A stretch of 64,000 nucleotides of DNA from positions 930,001-994,000 of the forward strand of contig BQFW01000005.1 in assembly GCA_020891255.1 (NCBI GenBank), given 5' to 3'. The stretch comes from Entomortierella parvispora E1425 (taxonomy: Eukaryota; Fungi; Mortierellomycota). A model generated the notes under the pieces. It was not told the origin of the DNA and did not search any database. It saw nothing but the letters and a program-made list of their open reading frames with translations. Shown here piece by piece: positions 33,566 to 45,836 of the stretch. Within the stretch, counting starts at the first letter, position 1. The number at the start of each line of letters is the position of its first letter. A program made the translations under genes and the position numbers.

Positions 33566-34597
33566 TGCAGTGTGGAACTGGAACTGGAAGGAAGAATAAA
33601 CCGGCGGTGTTTTAGAATGAAGAGGGACTGAGAGCGAGAGAGAGCGAGAGAGAGAGGAGAATAAAAAAAAAAAAAAAAAAAAAAGAGTTGGAAAGACACT
33701 AGAGTAGAGTGGAGAAGTGGAGTGGGGATGCAACGCAATGCAATGTAATGACAAGAAAGAGACAGAGACAGAAGAGAACGAGTCGAGCGAAAGAGACAGA
33801 GAGACACCCAACAACAGCACGAACTACTGTACGCAACTAGCTGACTGTGCACGCACAAATCCTGGATCCGAGGCGACATGCCCGCCGATCGCAGCCGAGA
33901 CGAGACGGGGCGGACGAGGCGGACGAGGATGGACGCGGACGGAGAGGGCAGAGGACACGGCGAGAGAGAGAGAGCGAGAGCGGGGAGGGAGGGTTAAGGG
34001 TGCAGAGTGAGAGAGAAGAGGAAAGCGAGTCGGCGGTTAAGGGGCACAGACGCGTGTGAGTGCTGGACTGCTGGCACACGTTGTCGCATCGCCTGCTGTG
34101 GTTTGCGTGCGTGCGCGCTCTTGTTTCTTGGCTTGCCTGTCTCTGACTGGGCCACTGGGCAGAAGACCGGACCTGCGTTGGCTTAGGTTGCATCCGTGTA
34201 CGACCCGACCACACCCCAGACATCGATCATAAATATCCCCATCCTCCTCCCCTTGTCCCCCTTTGGTCCAGATATCGAGATGATCTGGAGTGGACAAAGG
34301 GCAAAGCGCACTCTGCTCTGGCCAATGGTCATCCGTCCCATGGTCACACTCGCTCGGGGCAAAGGGACAGACAGGTCAGGTCTGCGAGATGGAAGGGAGG
34401 TGAGCCACTTGTTCCCCCCCAAGAACATCTTCTCTTTCCTCCTTCCTTTCCTCTTTTTCTTCTCTCTTTCTCTTTTTCTCTCTTTCTTCTCTTTCATTCT
34501 TCTCATCAATTCGCTCATTCGCATTCTCTCTCATTCAACTTCCATTCCCAATTTCCTCTCTTTCCTTGTACTTTACTGTACTTGAATCCAACCTAGC

Positions 34598-37491
34598 ATG
34601 AAGTTTGCCAAACAGCTCGCTCTCCGAAGCATCCCCAGTTGGGCGCCTTACTATCTCGACTACAAGTCATTGAAGCACTTCATCAAATCGTCGTTCAAGG
34701 ACGTGGCTGGCAAGTTCACTCTTTCATGTTTACCTAAGCACCTGTATTTCATTTCCCCCAAGCAGTACCTAACACGATCTTTAATGTCGTCATAGAGCCC
34801 CTGGGTTCGCTCGAAAGTGCAGATGACGAACATGCCCCCCATGCTGATCCAGTAAACGGTGAGACGGATCAAAATGTCGAGCCCGTCCTCGATCAAGTCA
34901 AAGAGTCACCCGAGAGTCAGGAAGCGATTATGGATTCGGATTCGCAGAGTCCCGCTGTCCCGATCATCCAAAAGACATTGGTTGACGTTGATCATGACGA
35001 CAAGGGTCTTGCATCGGGCGTCCACTCCAAGAGCACGGATGATCCAGAGCGTGAGGCCAGTATTAGTCTCATTGTTGAAGGGTTTAAAGCCCTCCTCTGG
35101 GCCGAGCTGGAAAAAGTGAATGCACGCTATGAGGCTCAGGAACGGGTTGCTGGAGTGACGATGGAGCGACTGAATGCAGCGGTAAGTCTTGTGGATCGGG
35201 CGTCCGTCCCTGACCTCGAGGAATGTGGTCCTTGTCAACACAACGTAGGACAACAGATGCAACAGTGGTCTCATGCGCTCTCCACATTTTTGATTTGATC
35301 GGTCGATTTTTAGTGGCGAGCCAACTTTACTCCTGCAGAGTTGAAGCAATGGTGAGTGGACCGTGCCTTGATGTGGACCCGTGCTTCTAGCCCATCCTGA
35401 CTATTCTATTCTCAATTTCTTGGGATCATAGGAGGGCAGAGCTGACAGTCCTGATCCTGAATCTCGAGTACCTGCTCGAGTTCAGCCAGACAAACATCAC
35501 CGGTTTCAAAAAGATTATCAAAAAGTTTGACAAACAGTATCGCGGATGCCATTCTCCAGGAGAGCCAGCCTCGTCTGCAGATTCGTCGATCCACTTTGGA
35601 GAACAGGGTCACAACATCGGTAGCCCCCAGAATGGAAGCAATCAGGAGACTCTGACCTATCTCGGTACTTCAGTCGACTCTGAGGCCGCAGGCCCATTGT
35701 CCATGTTCAATGCCTTGGGCATCCACGGTCGAGGAACACCTACTATCTACCTGCCAAGTAGCTATCCAGAGCCAGCAGCCAGTCTTCATCCACAGGAGTC
35801 TTTTATTCGTCATGTACACTCACCCAACAGTCACCACAAGAGTCTTTTTTACCACAACTACTATGGAGGGGTGTCGGCATTGTGCGTTGAGTTTTGGAAG
35901 ATGGTGACTGAAAAGACGTTTGCAAAGAGCGAAAAGGACGAGCGCCTTTTGGCTCAGGCTAGAACGGTAAGACGGCTTTTTCTTTTTGCTTTGGTGTAAC
36001 TATGCCACCATGCCACCATGACCCCAAGACGCTCTATTGACGCACCTGCCCTCTCTCTGGTCTTCTGGACTCGACTAGCTGTGGAGAAAGCGTACGCCAG
36101 TGGTGCCTGAAATGACGTCTCCGCTATCGCTGAATGTAGATCCAAAGGACTATCCTGTTTGGGACGACCTAGACCTAGAGAGTTTACCTTCAGGACGTCT
36201 GACGCGCCTCTGGGTTGTACTAGCAGAGGATGCAATGAGTACTCCGATCCGCGTACCCGTGATTGTGGCCAAGGGAGTCCGACCGGGTCCCGTTGTGGGT
36301 TTGGTAAGTGAGCCGTCGGCCGAAACCAAAACCATCGATGAATTGAGCGCTCCAAAGTCCGATGTCCAGGGAGCTTCCTCTTTTAACTTTGTGGTCCCCA
36401 TGTGAATTTTTGTCGGTGTTTCTAGACGGCTGCCTTGCACGGAAACGAACTCAACGGAATCCCTTTGACCCACCGCCTTGTACTTCAAGAGATTCAGTGC
36501 AAAGCCCTTCATGGAATTGTTGTCGCCGTCCCTGTGGCCAATGTTCCAGGATACTTGGCTCAGCAGCGCGGTTTTAGTGATGGAACGGATCTTAATCGAC
36601 TCATGCCAGGGTAGGCAACTGTGAACCGAGACATAGGGGGGTTTGGCAATCCGTTACTAACTTGTATACTCTCCTATTACAGAAAAAAGGATGGTACGAC
36701 CTCGCAAGTGTACTCTTACAACCTGATGACCAGGATCATTCGGCATTTCACCCATCTTATCGATCTTCATACGGCGTCCAAGGGACGAGTCAATTCACTC
36801 TATGTCCGAGCCAACATGCAGAACCCGACAACACGACACATGGCTCGTCTTCAGAACCCACAGATTATTGTTCACAACACCTCGCCCGACGGATCTCTTC
36901 GTGGAGCGGCGATGCAGGAGTACAACATTCCGGCCATTACGGTCGAGATTGGTGACCCCTCTCGGTTCCAGAAGCGATTTGTCAAAAGCGCCATCTTGGG
37001 CGTGACCAATATTCTGAGCCACCTGAAAATGATTGAGGATGACCATGAGGTTCAGGACTATGACCCCGTTGTCTGCGCAAAGAGTGTAAGAAAAACAAAA
37101 TGTGGAAAACAGCCCAATTGTGGCGTCCTTGTTCGTTTGTGCTTGTCCGAGGAGGAAAAAAAACAGAGGACAGATAACAGATAAGCTGACCTTTTTACCC
37201 CTTATCTCTTTTTTTTTTTGGCTTGTAAAAAAACAGTACTGGATTTTCACCAAAGGAGGTGGTATCTTGAATGTATTGCCAGATGTCAATACCTGGGTTA
37301 GAAAGGGAGAGCTCATTGCGACACTGCACAACATTTTTGGAATGGAGGAGCATCGTTATTTTGCGCCCGAGGATGGTATTGTGGTAGGCAAGTCGGTGGA
37401 TCCAGTGTGTCAGAGTGGCTGCCGTATTCTTCACCTAGGTGTCGTCAGCGATAGATACCCGGAAGGCAAGATCAATGATGGACATTTGTAG
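34598..37491 (+). CDS. SPX domain fused to a succinylglutamate desuccinylase/aspartoacylase (AstE/AspA, M14-like) zinc hydrolase, 712 aa, 8 exons
   Basis: Exons 34598-34709, 34796-35181, 35314-35351, 35432-35966, 36079-36303, 36426-36610, 36683-37085 and 37237-37491 sum to 2139 nt in one open frame. SPX: MKFAKQL...W..YYLDYKSLKHFIK and NITGFKKIIKKFDK. Hydrolase: AALHGNE, DLNRLMPG, IDLHTAS, ITVEIG, plus a C-terminal beta-hybrid domain. Confidence 0.85.
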
Positions 37492-39761
37492 ATGTGGGGA
37501 AGGATGCTTACCTATGTAGTCTAGTTAAAAATAAAAAAGAAGAGCGTGTTTAGCAACTATGCACCGAGACTCTTGATCTTCAGATTTTTCGTTTTCCGTG
37601 CCTCCATGTTCTCACTATCATCGTCACCATCAACATCATCATCATCATCTCCCATAAATAGCCTGCAGGATCTACATCACCCCCAGCAGTGTTCAATAGG
37701 CTTTGAAAGAGCACGGAGAGAGAGATATTATTTCCGTTTCGTTCATTCGGCCCCACTTTGTCTCTGGGAACAAAATGAAATAAACGAGGGGAGGGTTTGA
37801 GCTGCATCCTTCACTCCAAGAACTGCCGAGGGATGATCCCCCCTGTTTTGTTCTGGAAAGAGGTCTCGATCCATGGAGCGCGTTCATTGATAGAAGAACG
37901 AACAAGGAAGGGGGGGGGGCTGACTATGTAGGGCCAATCCTTTTTTTTTTTGTACCACCCAATGGCAACGTTGCTGCAACCGCTCCCCCCCCTTGACCTG
38001 CCCTCAAATTGCAATTCTCCGCGTGCGTGCCTTCGCCCACTGACCTTGAGGCTGAGGGTGTGGAACGACAAAAGGCACGTTGCCGAGTCAGGGTTTGAGG
38101 TTGCCAACAATTTTTTTCGTCACGATCGAGGAGGTCTACGACCGGGAGAACCATTGGTTCTCCCCCCCCTCCCCCCTCCCCTCAAAGATGGTCAGGTTGA
38201 CAAGGAGTAAAGCAACCAGCAGGGATTAGCATTTTTTTTTATTTTATTTCAATTGATTGAAATAGAGATTGCATGCAATCGCACAGCGTTTTTTTCGATG
38301 CAGTGGATTCCATACAAGGGTGAACAGAAAAAAAAGAAAGGCAAAACCAAAAGAAAAAGTGTCCGTGGACTCTGTGTGATTCGACAGAGCCAAAAAAAAG
38401 TCAATTTATGGGAGGAAGGTGAATGAACAGGTCAAAGCAAAATCAAATAATTGTTCTGTTGGCTCTCATTCGCTTTTCATTTTAGCGCGTAAGCTGCTGG
38501 GCTTGACTCTGGCGGTTGAGTGGCAACTTTGGGAAAATTGGCTTCCTATCTTCCAGAAAGATAGAAATTCTGAATCGGGCTGGGAGAAGGGAAAGGGAGG
38601 GAGTTGTGAGTGTCCAGACTTTTTACGAGATGAGTGGGGTCCATGGATGGTTCTTTTCGACGCTGTCCTGGTTTCGGGAAGATTGTACAGTACATGTACA
38701 AGATCCATTATCAAGCATGGTGAGCATTCGATTTCCTTGTTGATAAGACAAGAACTGGAAGAAAAGGCAGTAATGTAGAGTCCACACCAGTTCTCATCGC
38801 GACCAAGAACGGGGAGAGATTAGACGCCCCGTGAAGAGCCGTCATTGTTGTTATCTTGATGATCATGCACAGCCATCAAAGGAACCCAAACAATCGGCAC
38901 GCAGGAGAAGCAGAGGGCAAAGAGGCAGAGCAAACGATTGCAGACACACAGGTCAAAAAAGCAAGGGACCTTGCACACAGATAGATATGATTTATTGGCA
39001 AGATAAAATGGCAGATGCGCGTTCTAAAAATACTCTGTGGGTCCATACTCAAGGCCCAGCAGGGAAGGAACCACTTTTTTGCAGCCCATTGAATAAGACG
39101 CTACCTATTCTATTGCGGCCAGTCAACACATGAACCTTCATCATGAGGATCATCCTTTGGCATCATGATGCCGGAGTTGCATCCTTCATCTGTGCATGAA
39201 TCCTCCTTGTGGTTCCCACAGAAGCAATCGAGCGACAAGAAAATGAAAAAAGAAGAGAAAAAAAAAGAGAGCCGATCTTGATCTGCACCGTGATGGTGCC
39301 TCATGGACAAAAGAGAACCCCACTTGCTCATTTCATTCTTGATTCTTCCCTGCTGGCCGGCCGCTCGCCATAAAAAAAGAATACTGTAATGAAAAAAAAG
39401 AGAGGCAGGCGTCCGTCCCTTTATTTTTAGCTCCATCGCACCACAGTCGAGTCCAGTCCAGCCCAGTCCAGAAAAGCACACAGTCAGTGAGAGAGGAGGG
39501 CTCTCAACTGTGTCCGTTCTGTTCTGTTCCTCTTTCTCTCACTCTCACTACTGTTCTTTACTGCCGCCTCTTTCTTTTAAAAAAAAACCAAAATCTCGTT
39601 TCTTTCTATCTCTCTTTTCTCTTCTCCTCTCATCATCATCTTCATCTTCATATACCCATAACCCCTCCCTTTCCTCCTTTCCTCATTCTCTCGTCTCTCT
39701 TCTCTCCTCTCATACCCCCTCTTTTCCGACCTTCAGGACTAGTCTCTCATATCTTGCAAAC

Positions 39762-42193
39762 ATGATCGCCGCTTCCTCGCTCTCGATCCAGACCCCAAAG
39801 CAGCACCAGGAGGCCTCTTCTCCTTCCGAGGCTGTGCGCCACCTCAAGGAACGCTACCAGGCGGCCGGTCAGGGACACCTCTTCAACTACTACGATGAAC
39901 TCACCACCGAGGAACAAAAGAAGCTCGTGGACCAACTCTCGGCCTTGAACGTCGAGCGCGTCAACAGGATCCACCAAAAGGCCACCACCTGCCCTTCGCC
40001 CATGCTCAGCAACCAGGCCGCCCTTCTCGCCCCTTTGCCCGATGAGTGCTTTGACTCTGTCATGGATGCCTCGGCTGAAAAGACCCAGGAGTGGCGCACC
40101 ATCGGATTGAACCAGATCAGCCAGAACAAGGTCGCCGTCATTCTCTTGGCCGGTGGTCAGGGCACGCGTCTCGGCTCTTCGGCCCCCAAGGGTTGCTACG
40201 ACATCTCCTTGCCCTCCAGCAAGTCTCTTTTCCAGATCCAGGCCGAGCGTATCCTCAAGCTCCAGGAGATGGCCCAGAAGCAGCCCGGTGCTGTTGACAA
40301 TGTCGTCATCCCTTGGTACGTCATGACCTCTGGACCCACCCGCCCCGCCACTGTTGCCTATTTCCAGGAGAACAACTACTTTGGCGTCTCTAGTGATAAC
40401 GTCGTTTTCTTTGAGCAAGGTATGTAACGGAAAAGAGGTTCAAAGCCTTGTTGTTTATTTTTGGTGTGTTGTTGTCGTCATGGACGGGGAGGGGACCCAT
40501 TGAACATGATCTGTGGAGCAGGATCAAAAAGCAAGGGCTGCAGGACAACGGAGCAATCGACCCACAGCTGCTTGTTGCACTGCAGCTGCAGCGTGGAACA
40601 AGAAAAAGGAGGCTAAAGGGACAAGATCAAAAATCAAAAAAAGTGAGGGGACGCAAAGTGGCCCTGGCTTTTTGTTTGTCTGCGTGCGTGTAGAGATGTG
40701 CGCAAGAGGGATGAAGGAAGGCAGTAAAAAAAAAGGACAAAAGCGCGCGTTGAATCGCGTCTCAGGTGGGCCAGGGGGCATGAATGAGGGGAGGTGAGTG
40801 CGACAAGGGTCGCGTTTATCTCCTCATTTTTCTTCCTGTTCCAGGTGCCAGAGGGGTCCCATGGGAAGAGTGGGTGAGTGAATGTTCTAATCAGAACATG
40901 CACGAACCAACTCGGGTATTTATTCCGGTTCTTCTTTCCCTTTGACTTTTTGCTCAATCGACCTGCAGTTCGGAGCCAGAGGGACGCCCAGAGGGCAATC
41001 TCTATCATGACCTATTTTTTCTATTTTTTCTGTTCTCTATCGGACGGGGTTGGAAAACACACAAAAGAGGATTGTGATCAATCGGTCCGGTCCAGAATGA
41101 TGATTCCATCAGTCTGAAACTGACTTAGCTCATCTTCGTGTGCAAAAAGTGTTCTCTGTGGTGTGCATTCCCGCCTTGTCTTTTGGCCTTCTGGCCCTTG
41201 CCCTTCTTCTTTTCCTTTTGTTCGCTCGTGAGTGGATCGATTCAGGAACGAAAATCGCTGACCTTTTTACCCTCTCTGTCTCACTCGTTATCCATAGGTA
41301 CTTTGCCTTGCTTGACCTTCGATGGAAAGATCATGATGGAGTCAAAGTCGCAGGTCGCTGTGGCTCCCGATGGCAACGGAGGTGTCTATGCCGCTCTCCG
41401 TGGCACCGGAGTGTTGGCCAACATGGCTGAGCGCAAGATCGAGTTCCTCAACGCCTACTGTGTCGACAACTGCTTGGTCCGTGTGGCCGATCCCGTCTTT
41501 ATCGGATACTGTGTCCAGAAGAACGCCGACTGCGCTGCCAAGGTCGTTCGCAAGAACTACCCCACCGAGCCCGTCGGTGTTGTGTGCCTCCGCAACTCTG
41601 CCTTCAACGTGGTCGAGTACTCTGAGATCAACGACGACGTCGCTCACGCCATCAACCCCAAGAGCGGCCAATTGGCTTTCGGAGCCGGCAACATTGTCAA
41701 CCACTTTTATACCCTCGACTTTTTGAACAAGGTCGAGTCGTTCGAGGGCGACTTGGAGTACCACATTGCTCGCAAGAAGATCAAGTCGGTCGATCTCCAG
41801 ACTGGTGAGGTTGTTGCCCCCAAGCAGGTCAACGGCATGAAGTTGGAGTTGTTCGTCTTTGATGTCTTCCCCTTCACTGAGCGCATGGCTGTCTTGGAGG
41901 TTGAGCGTCGTGAGGAGTTCTCGCCCCTGAAGAACGCACCCGGCTCTGGTCAGGACTGCCCCGAGACTTCTCGCTCTCACATTTTGGAGCAGCACGCACG
42001 CTTCATTGAGGCTGCTGGAGGAAAGATTGTTGTTGGTGAGGAAGATGCTCAGGTCGACGGTGTCCCCACATTGGAGTTGTCGCCTTTGGTCTCATACGCT
42101 GGTGAGGGTCTCGCCGAGATTGTTGCTGGCAAGTCGATCAAAACTCCTATCCAGATCCACACTGTCGAAGATCTCAAGCGCGCCGTCTTCTAA
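39762..42193 (+). CDS. QRI1: UDP-N-acetylglucosamine pyrophosphorylase, 517 aa, 2 exons
   Basis: LLAGGQGTRLGSSAPKGCYDI, VIPWYVMTSGPT, FFEQG|TLPC, APDGNGGVY, GMKLELFVFDVFPF, EFSPLKN. Intron 40420-41297. Also called UAP1. Confidence 0.95.
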
Positions 42194-42830
42194 GTCAAGT
42201 CGTGCTCGACTCGCTCTTTTCGCCCCTCTTTGTCATTTTTCATTTCAGCGTGTTTTTTTTTCTTTACTTTTTTCATTGTTAATTCTTTTCCATTAATCCC
42301 TTTTCTACAAGGACGAGAAAAAGGATCTTGCCCTTTCCCTTCCCGCCCCTCCCCCATCTCTTTCATTTGTTTCTGTCCTTGTTTGTAGATAGAGCAAAGA
42401 ACTGCTACTTTGTCCTTTTGGACAGTAACGTTCTTTTGCCAACAGCCAGTACCTTTTTTTTTCTCCCCTCCTTTTTTTCCTTTTTTTTTGTTTGCTACCT
42501 TGCACCTCCTCCTCGGTTTACTTTTTTGTTGATCTCTTGCCAATTGCCGTATACCCAAGATGGAAGACACGGACTCCTTTCTCTCTCTCTCTCTCATCCT
42601 CTCATCCTCCTCCTTTTGCGAGTCCTCCTCCTTCTCCCTCTCTCCTCTTTCCTTGCCCCTCTTCCCTCTGTTCCTGCAATGGCGATTGACATTAAACAAA
42701 CAAACAAAAAAACCAATAAAAAAAGGACAAAAAAAAAAAAAAAAAAAAAAACAAGAAAAAAAGGATGAAATGGATTGAAAATGCAAAAATGGTATTATAT
42801 GTATTCGTACATCTTGGACATTTGTTCCTT

Positions 42831-45423
42831 TTACAGGGAAGAAACGGCCTTTTCTCTTTCCTCTTCCTCGACCATAGACGTGTCAAGACGGAGTCTCTTT
42901 TCAGGGCCCTCCTCCTGGTACGGGTTGGAGGAAGAGGATGAAGATGCCACAGACGGACTCTCGACATCGCCTTCCATCAGATCAGAATCCTCCATGCCGT
43001 TGCCAGAGACCACAATCGTCCACAAGTGCCGTGTCTGATCCTGGCCCTTGTTCTCACTCTTGGACGCCAGAGTCAAGAGGTCCGACTTGACCTTGGGGGT
43101 CAAGACATAAAACGTATTGTCCTGTCGGATCAACCCACGCTGCTCAAGGCGGGCCAAAAACCCGGACCATTCTTGCTTGGCCTTGCTCTTGCTCAATTCG
43201 GCCTTTGGTAACGTCGAGCGATCGATCAAGGAAGCGGCCATTGATTCCGCCTTTTCTGGTTGTTGTTGTTGTGGTTGTTGTTGTGGATCATCATCGATCA
43301 GAGAAGATGAAGACATCAATGAAGCGGTATCCTTGTCCGTATCCTCCTGGTCCTCATGGTGATCACCCTTGGTATCCTGTCCCTCCCCTGCGTCGAGGGT
43401 CTGATTCTTGGCAGCCGCCACCTCGGCCGCTGCCTGCACACGTTCTGCGCGGGTCAATAAATGCTGAGCAGGATCCAGTCCCAAGCGCACCAGTTCGTCC
43501 CTGTAAATCCTCTCATTCTCCACATTGGCAAGGGCCTGGAAATACACATTCGTCATGCCCGCAAACTTGCGCGGATGATCCCATTGCGCCGCAAAATCCA
43601 GGAACATGCGCATGTCCTTCAGATCCTGATCGCCTTCCTCCTCGGGATGTTGGGCTGCTGTGGTCGTCATGCCCTTGGGTGAAAGCGTCGACAGATCCAG
43701 ACTGCGGTGGTTGAAGAAGGATTGGATCGCTGCTAAACCCTCGGGGCTGCGCAAGATGGTCGAGACTTCCACGCCTGGGAGCTTGAGTTTATCATTCTTG
43801 TGGAGGATATAGTTCTCCTCGACGGGGGTATCTTCTGGGTCCCTGACAGGGATCACTTTGCCCTCGCGGACCAGCCGTTGAAGGTATTGCTGAGCGGCCA
43901 TGTAGCGTTCTTCAGGTTGGTAAATCTTTCGGAATCGACCATAGTACTTGCTGATCGAGTTGAGCAACGCATTCACAGTAAGCGGCTAAACGAAGGTCAA
44001 AAGAGAATGTCAAAGAGTTTAGATTAGCTTGGGGTTGCCCAAAGAACACAAGTGCCCGATCTAGGTTGAAGATGGGGGTTTCTTCTTGTTTTTTTTTTAC
44101 CTTTCCCTTGCCACATGTTTTAACCAAGACTTCCAAGATCTCCTGGGTCGTCTCCGCTTCCGACAAAGGGAACCGTTGCGCAAACGTCTGGAACCCAGGC
44201 TTGAGCTGACCCGCCAACATATTTTCATAAATCGCCACGCCCGCAAACGCATCCTTGGCCGCATACCAGACCCATTTCGGGTCCAACGTCTCCCGATCCC
44301 AGTTCCATCCCAAGATCTTGCGCGTCTTGATCACCTCCCGCCCCGGACGTCCATACATGGCATCCAGATCCGCCAACGACGTGCCCAAGATCCGGCGTTC
44401 ACTCGCCATGTGCGCCAACTCGACCAGTCCCTGACAGTCCACGCCATAATCCTTCCTCAACCCTTGCGCATCGCCCACAATCCCGACCCCACACATCAAC
44501 TGTTGCGGGTCTTCCAAAAAGGCTTTCAGACGGGGCGGGAACGGGATCTTCCTCTTTTGCTTCACGCCCAAGATGTTGTAGATCTGAAAGATCAAACAGA
44601 CATCCTGCGTCGCAATCTGGATCAACGACACCTCTTGTTGGACTTTGGTGATGAACGTCGTCGTCGTCTCCGTGTCCAAGCCCACAGGCCCAGGTCCGCC
44701 GCTCCCTTTCGTGGCCTCGTAGTATTCTGTGAACAACTGCATCATCAACTCGGCCTCTGGGTAGGTCGAGGCCAAAAAGACGGGCGGCAATTCCCGGACC
44801 CGTTGGATATGGCCCTCCGCCATGGCCTCACACAGGATCGCGACACTGGGCGTGAGGTATTCCTCTCCATGGGCGGGCGGACTCGGTGCTCGCACTGCTG
44901 GGGGCAGTCGAGAGTGACCAGGGCGGGACTGTTTATGGGTCATGATGGGTTGGATCCTGGGTTCACGCTTGGCCTTGGGGCCTGAAGGGTGTGGACGGGG
45001 TGTGGGGTGCTGGTGAGGGTGTTCAGAAGGAGAATGCCGAGACTTGGGTCTTGCAGAGGAGGTGTTGTTCCAGTGAGGTGTGGGTGGTTGAGAAGGAGCT
45101 GAAGTAGAAGAGGTGAGCTGCTGGGGAAAAGGCTTCTTTGACTTGACTCTTTTCGCCGCTGCGGCTGCTGCGGCGGCAGTCGTACCTGTTGCAGAGGTCG
45201 ATGCTGCAGGAACCACAGCAGGGGCGGCAGGGGTAGAAGAGACGGACGCCTCGGCGGAATGGAAGCGCCGGTTGGCCATGACCGGACGAGTTGGTGGCAC
45301 CTTGGACAAAGACAAGGTCAAGCGGAGAGCCGCAGACGAGGACGACGAAGAGGAGGAGGAAGGGGAGGAAGAGCGATGGGCACAGACAAGGGATGAGCAG
45401 CGCGTGCGGATGCGAGGCAACAT
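42831..45423 (-). CDS. WRN/EXD2-like DEDDy 3'-5' exonuclease with N- and C-terminal extensions, about 825 aa, 2 exons
   Basis: ExoI VGLDTET, IQIAT, ExoII FLEDP...GVGIVGDAQGL, ExoIII YAAKDA. Intron 44100-43986 joins the two ORFs in frame. Arg/Ser-rich N-terminus starting MLPRIRTR. Confidence 0.82.
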
Positions 45424-45836
45424 TAGACGGGGCAAGGCAGATCCAAAAGGGAAGAGAGTGTCCCCGTGCGGAATGGAGTGGATGAATGCAGGTGCGGAGA
45501 GAGAGTGAGAGGGTGAGAGGGTGAGAGGCAGTGTTGTTGGACCGACTTTTGACTTTTTGGCTGGTGTGTTGTGTGTGTGAGTGTGTGAGAGAGAGTGCAG
45601 TGTGTGCAACAACACCGCAGGGGGACAAAGGGGACAGGGAAGGTCCATGCGATTGATTGATTCACACGGTGGCTGAATTCATTCCCTGGTGGGAATGGGA
45701 TGCACCTGAGAAAAGAGTCAACAACAGTCACATAATTTCTTTTTCTTTTTGCGACATGCATTTTAATGCGATGGATTTTGACGGTGATATACAAAACGAA
45801 AGAGTGGGAATGTAAAAAAAAAAGGATAGAGATCGC

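Noticed and set aside
34077-34082. CACGTT (low-affinity yeast Pho4-type site) upstream of the SPX fusion gene
   Set aside because: A single hexamer is expected by chance in 1 kb, and Pho4-like regulation is not established for this lineage.
41085-41130. ATGATGA...CTGA resembling snoRNA C/D boxes in the UAP1 intron
   Set aside because: Boxes are only about 10 nt apart with no terminal stem or guide region.
34598-42193. SPX-deacylase and UAP1 as a functional gene cluster
   Set aside because: Only adjacency (2.3 kb apart); no biochemical link between M14-like deacylases and UDP-GlcNAc synthesis that I can support.
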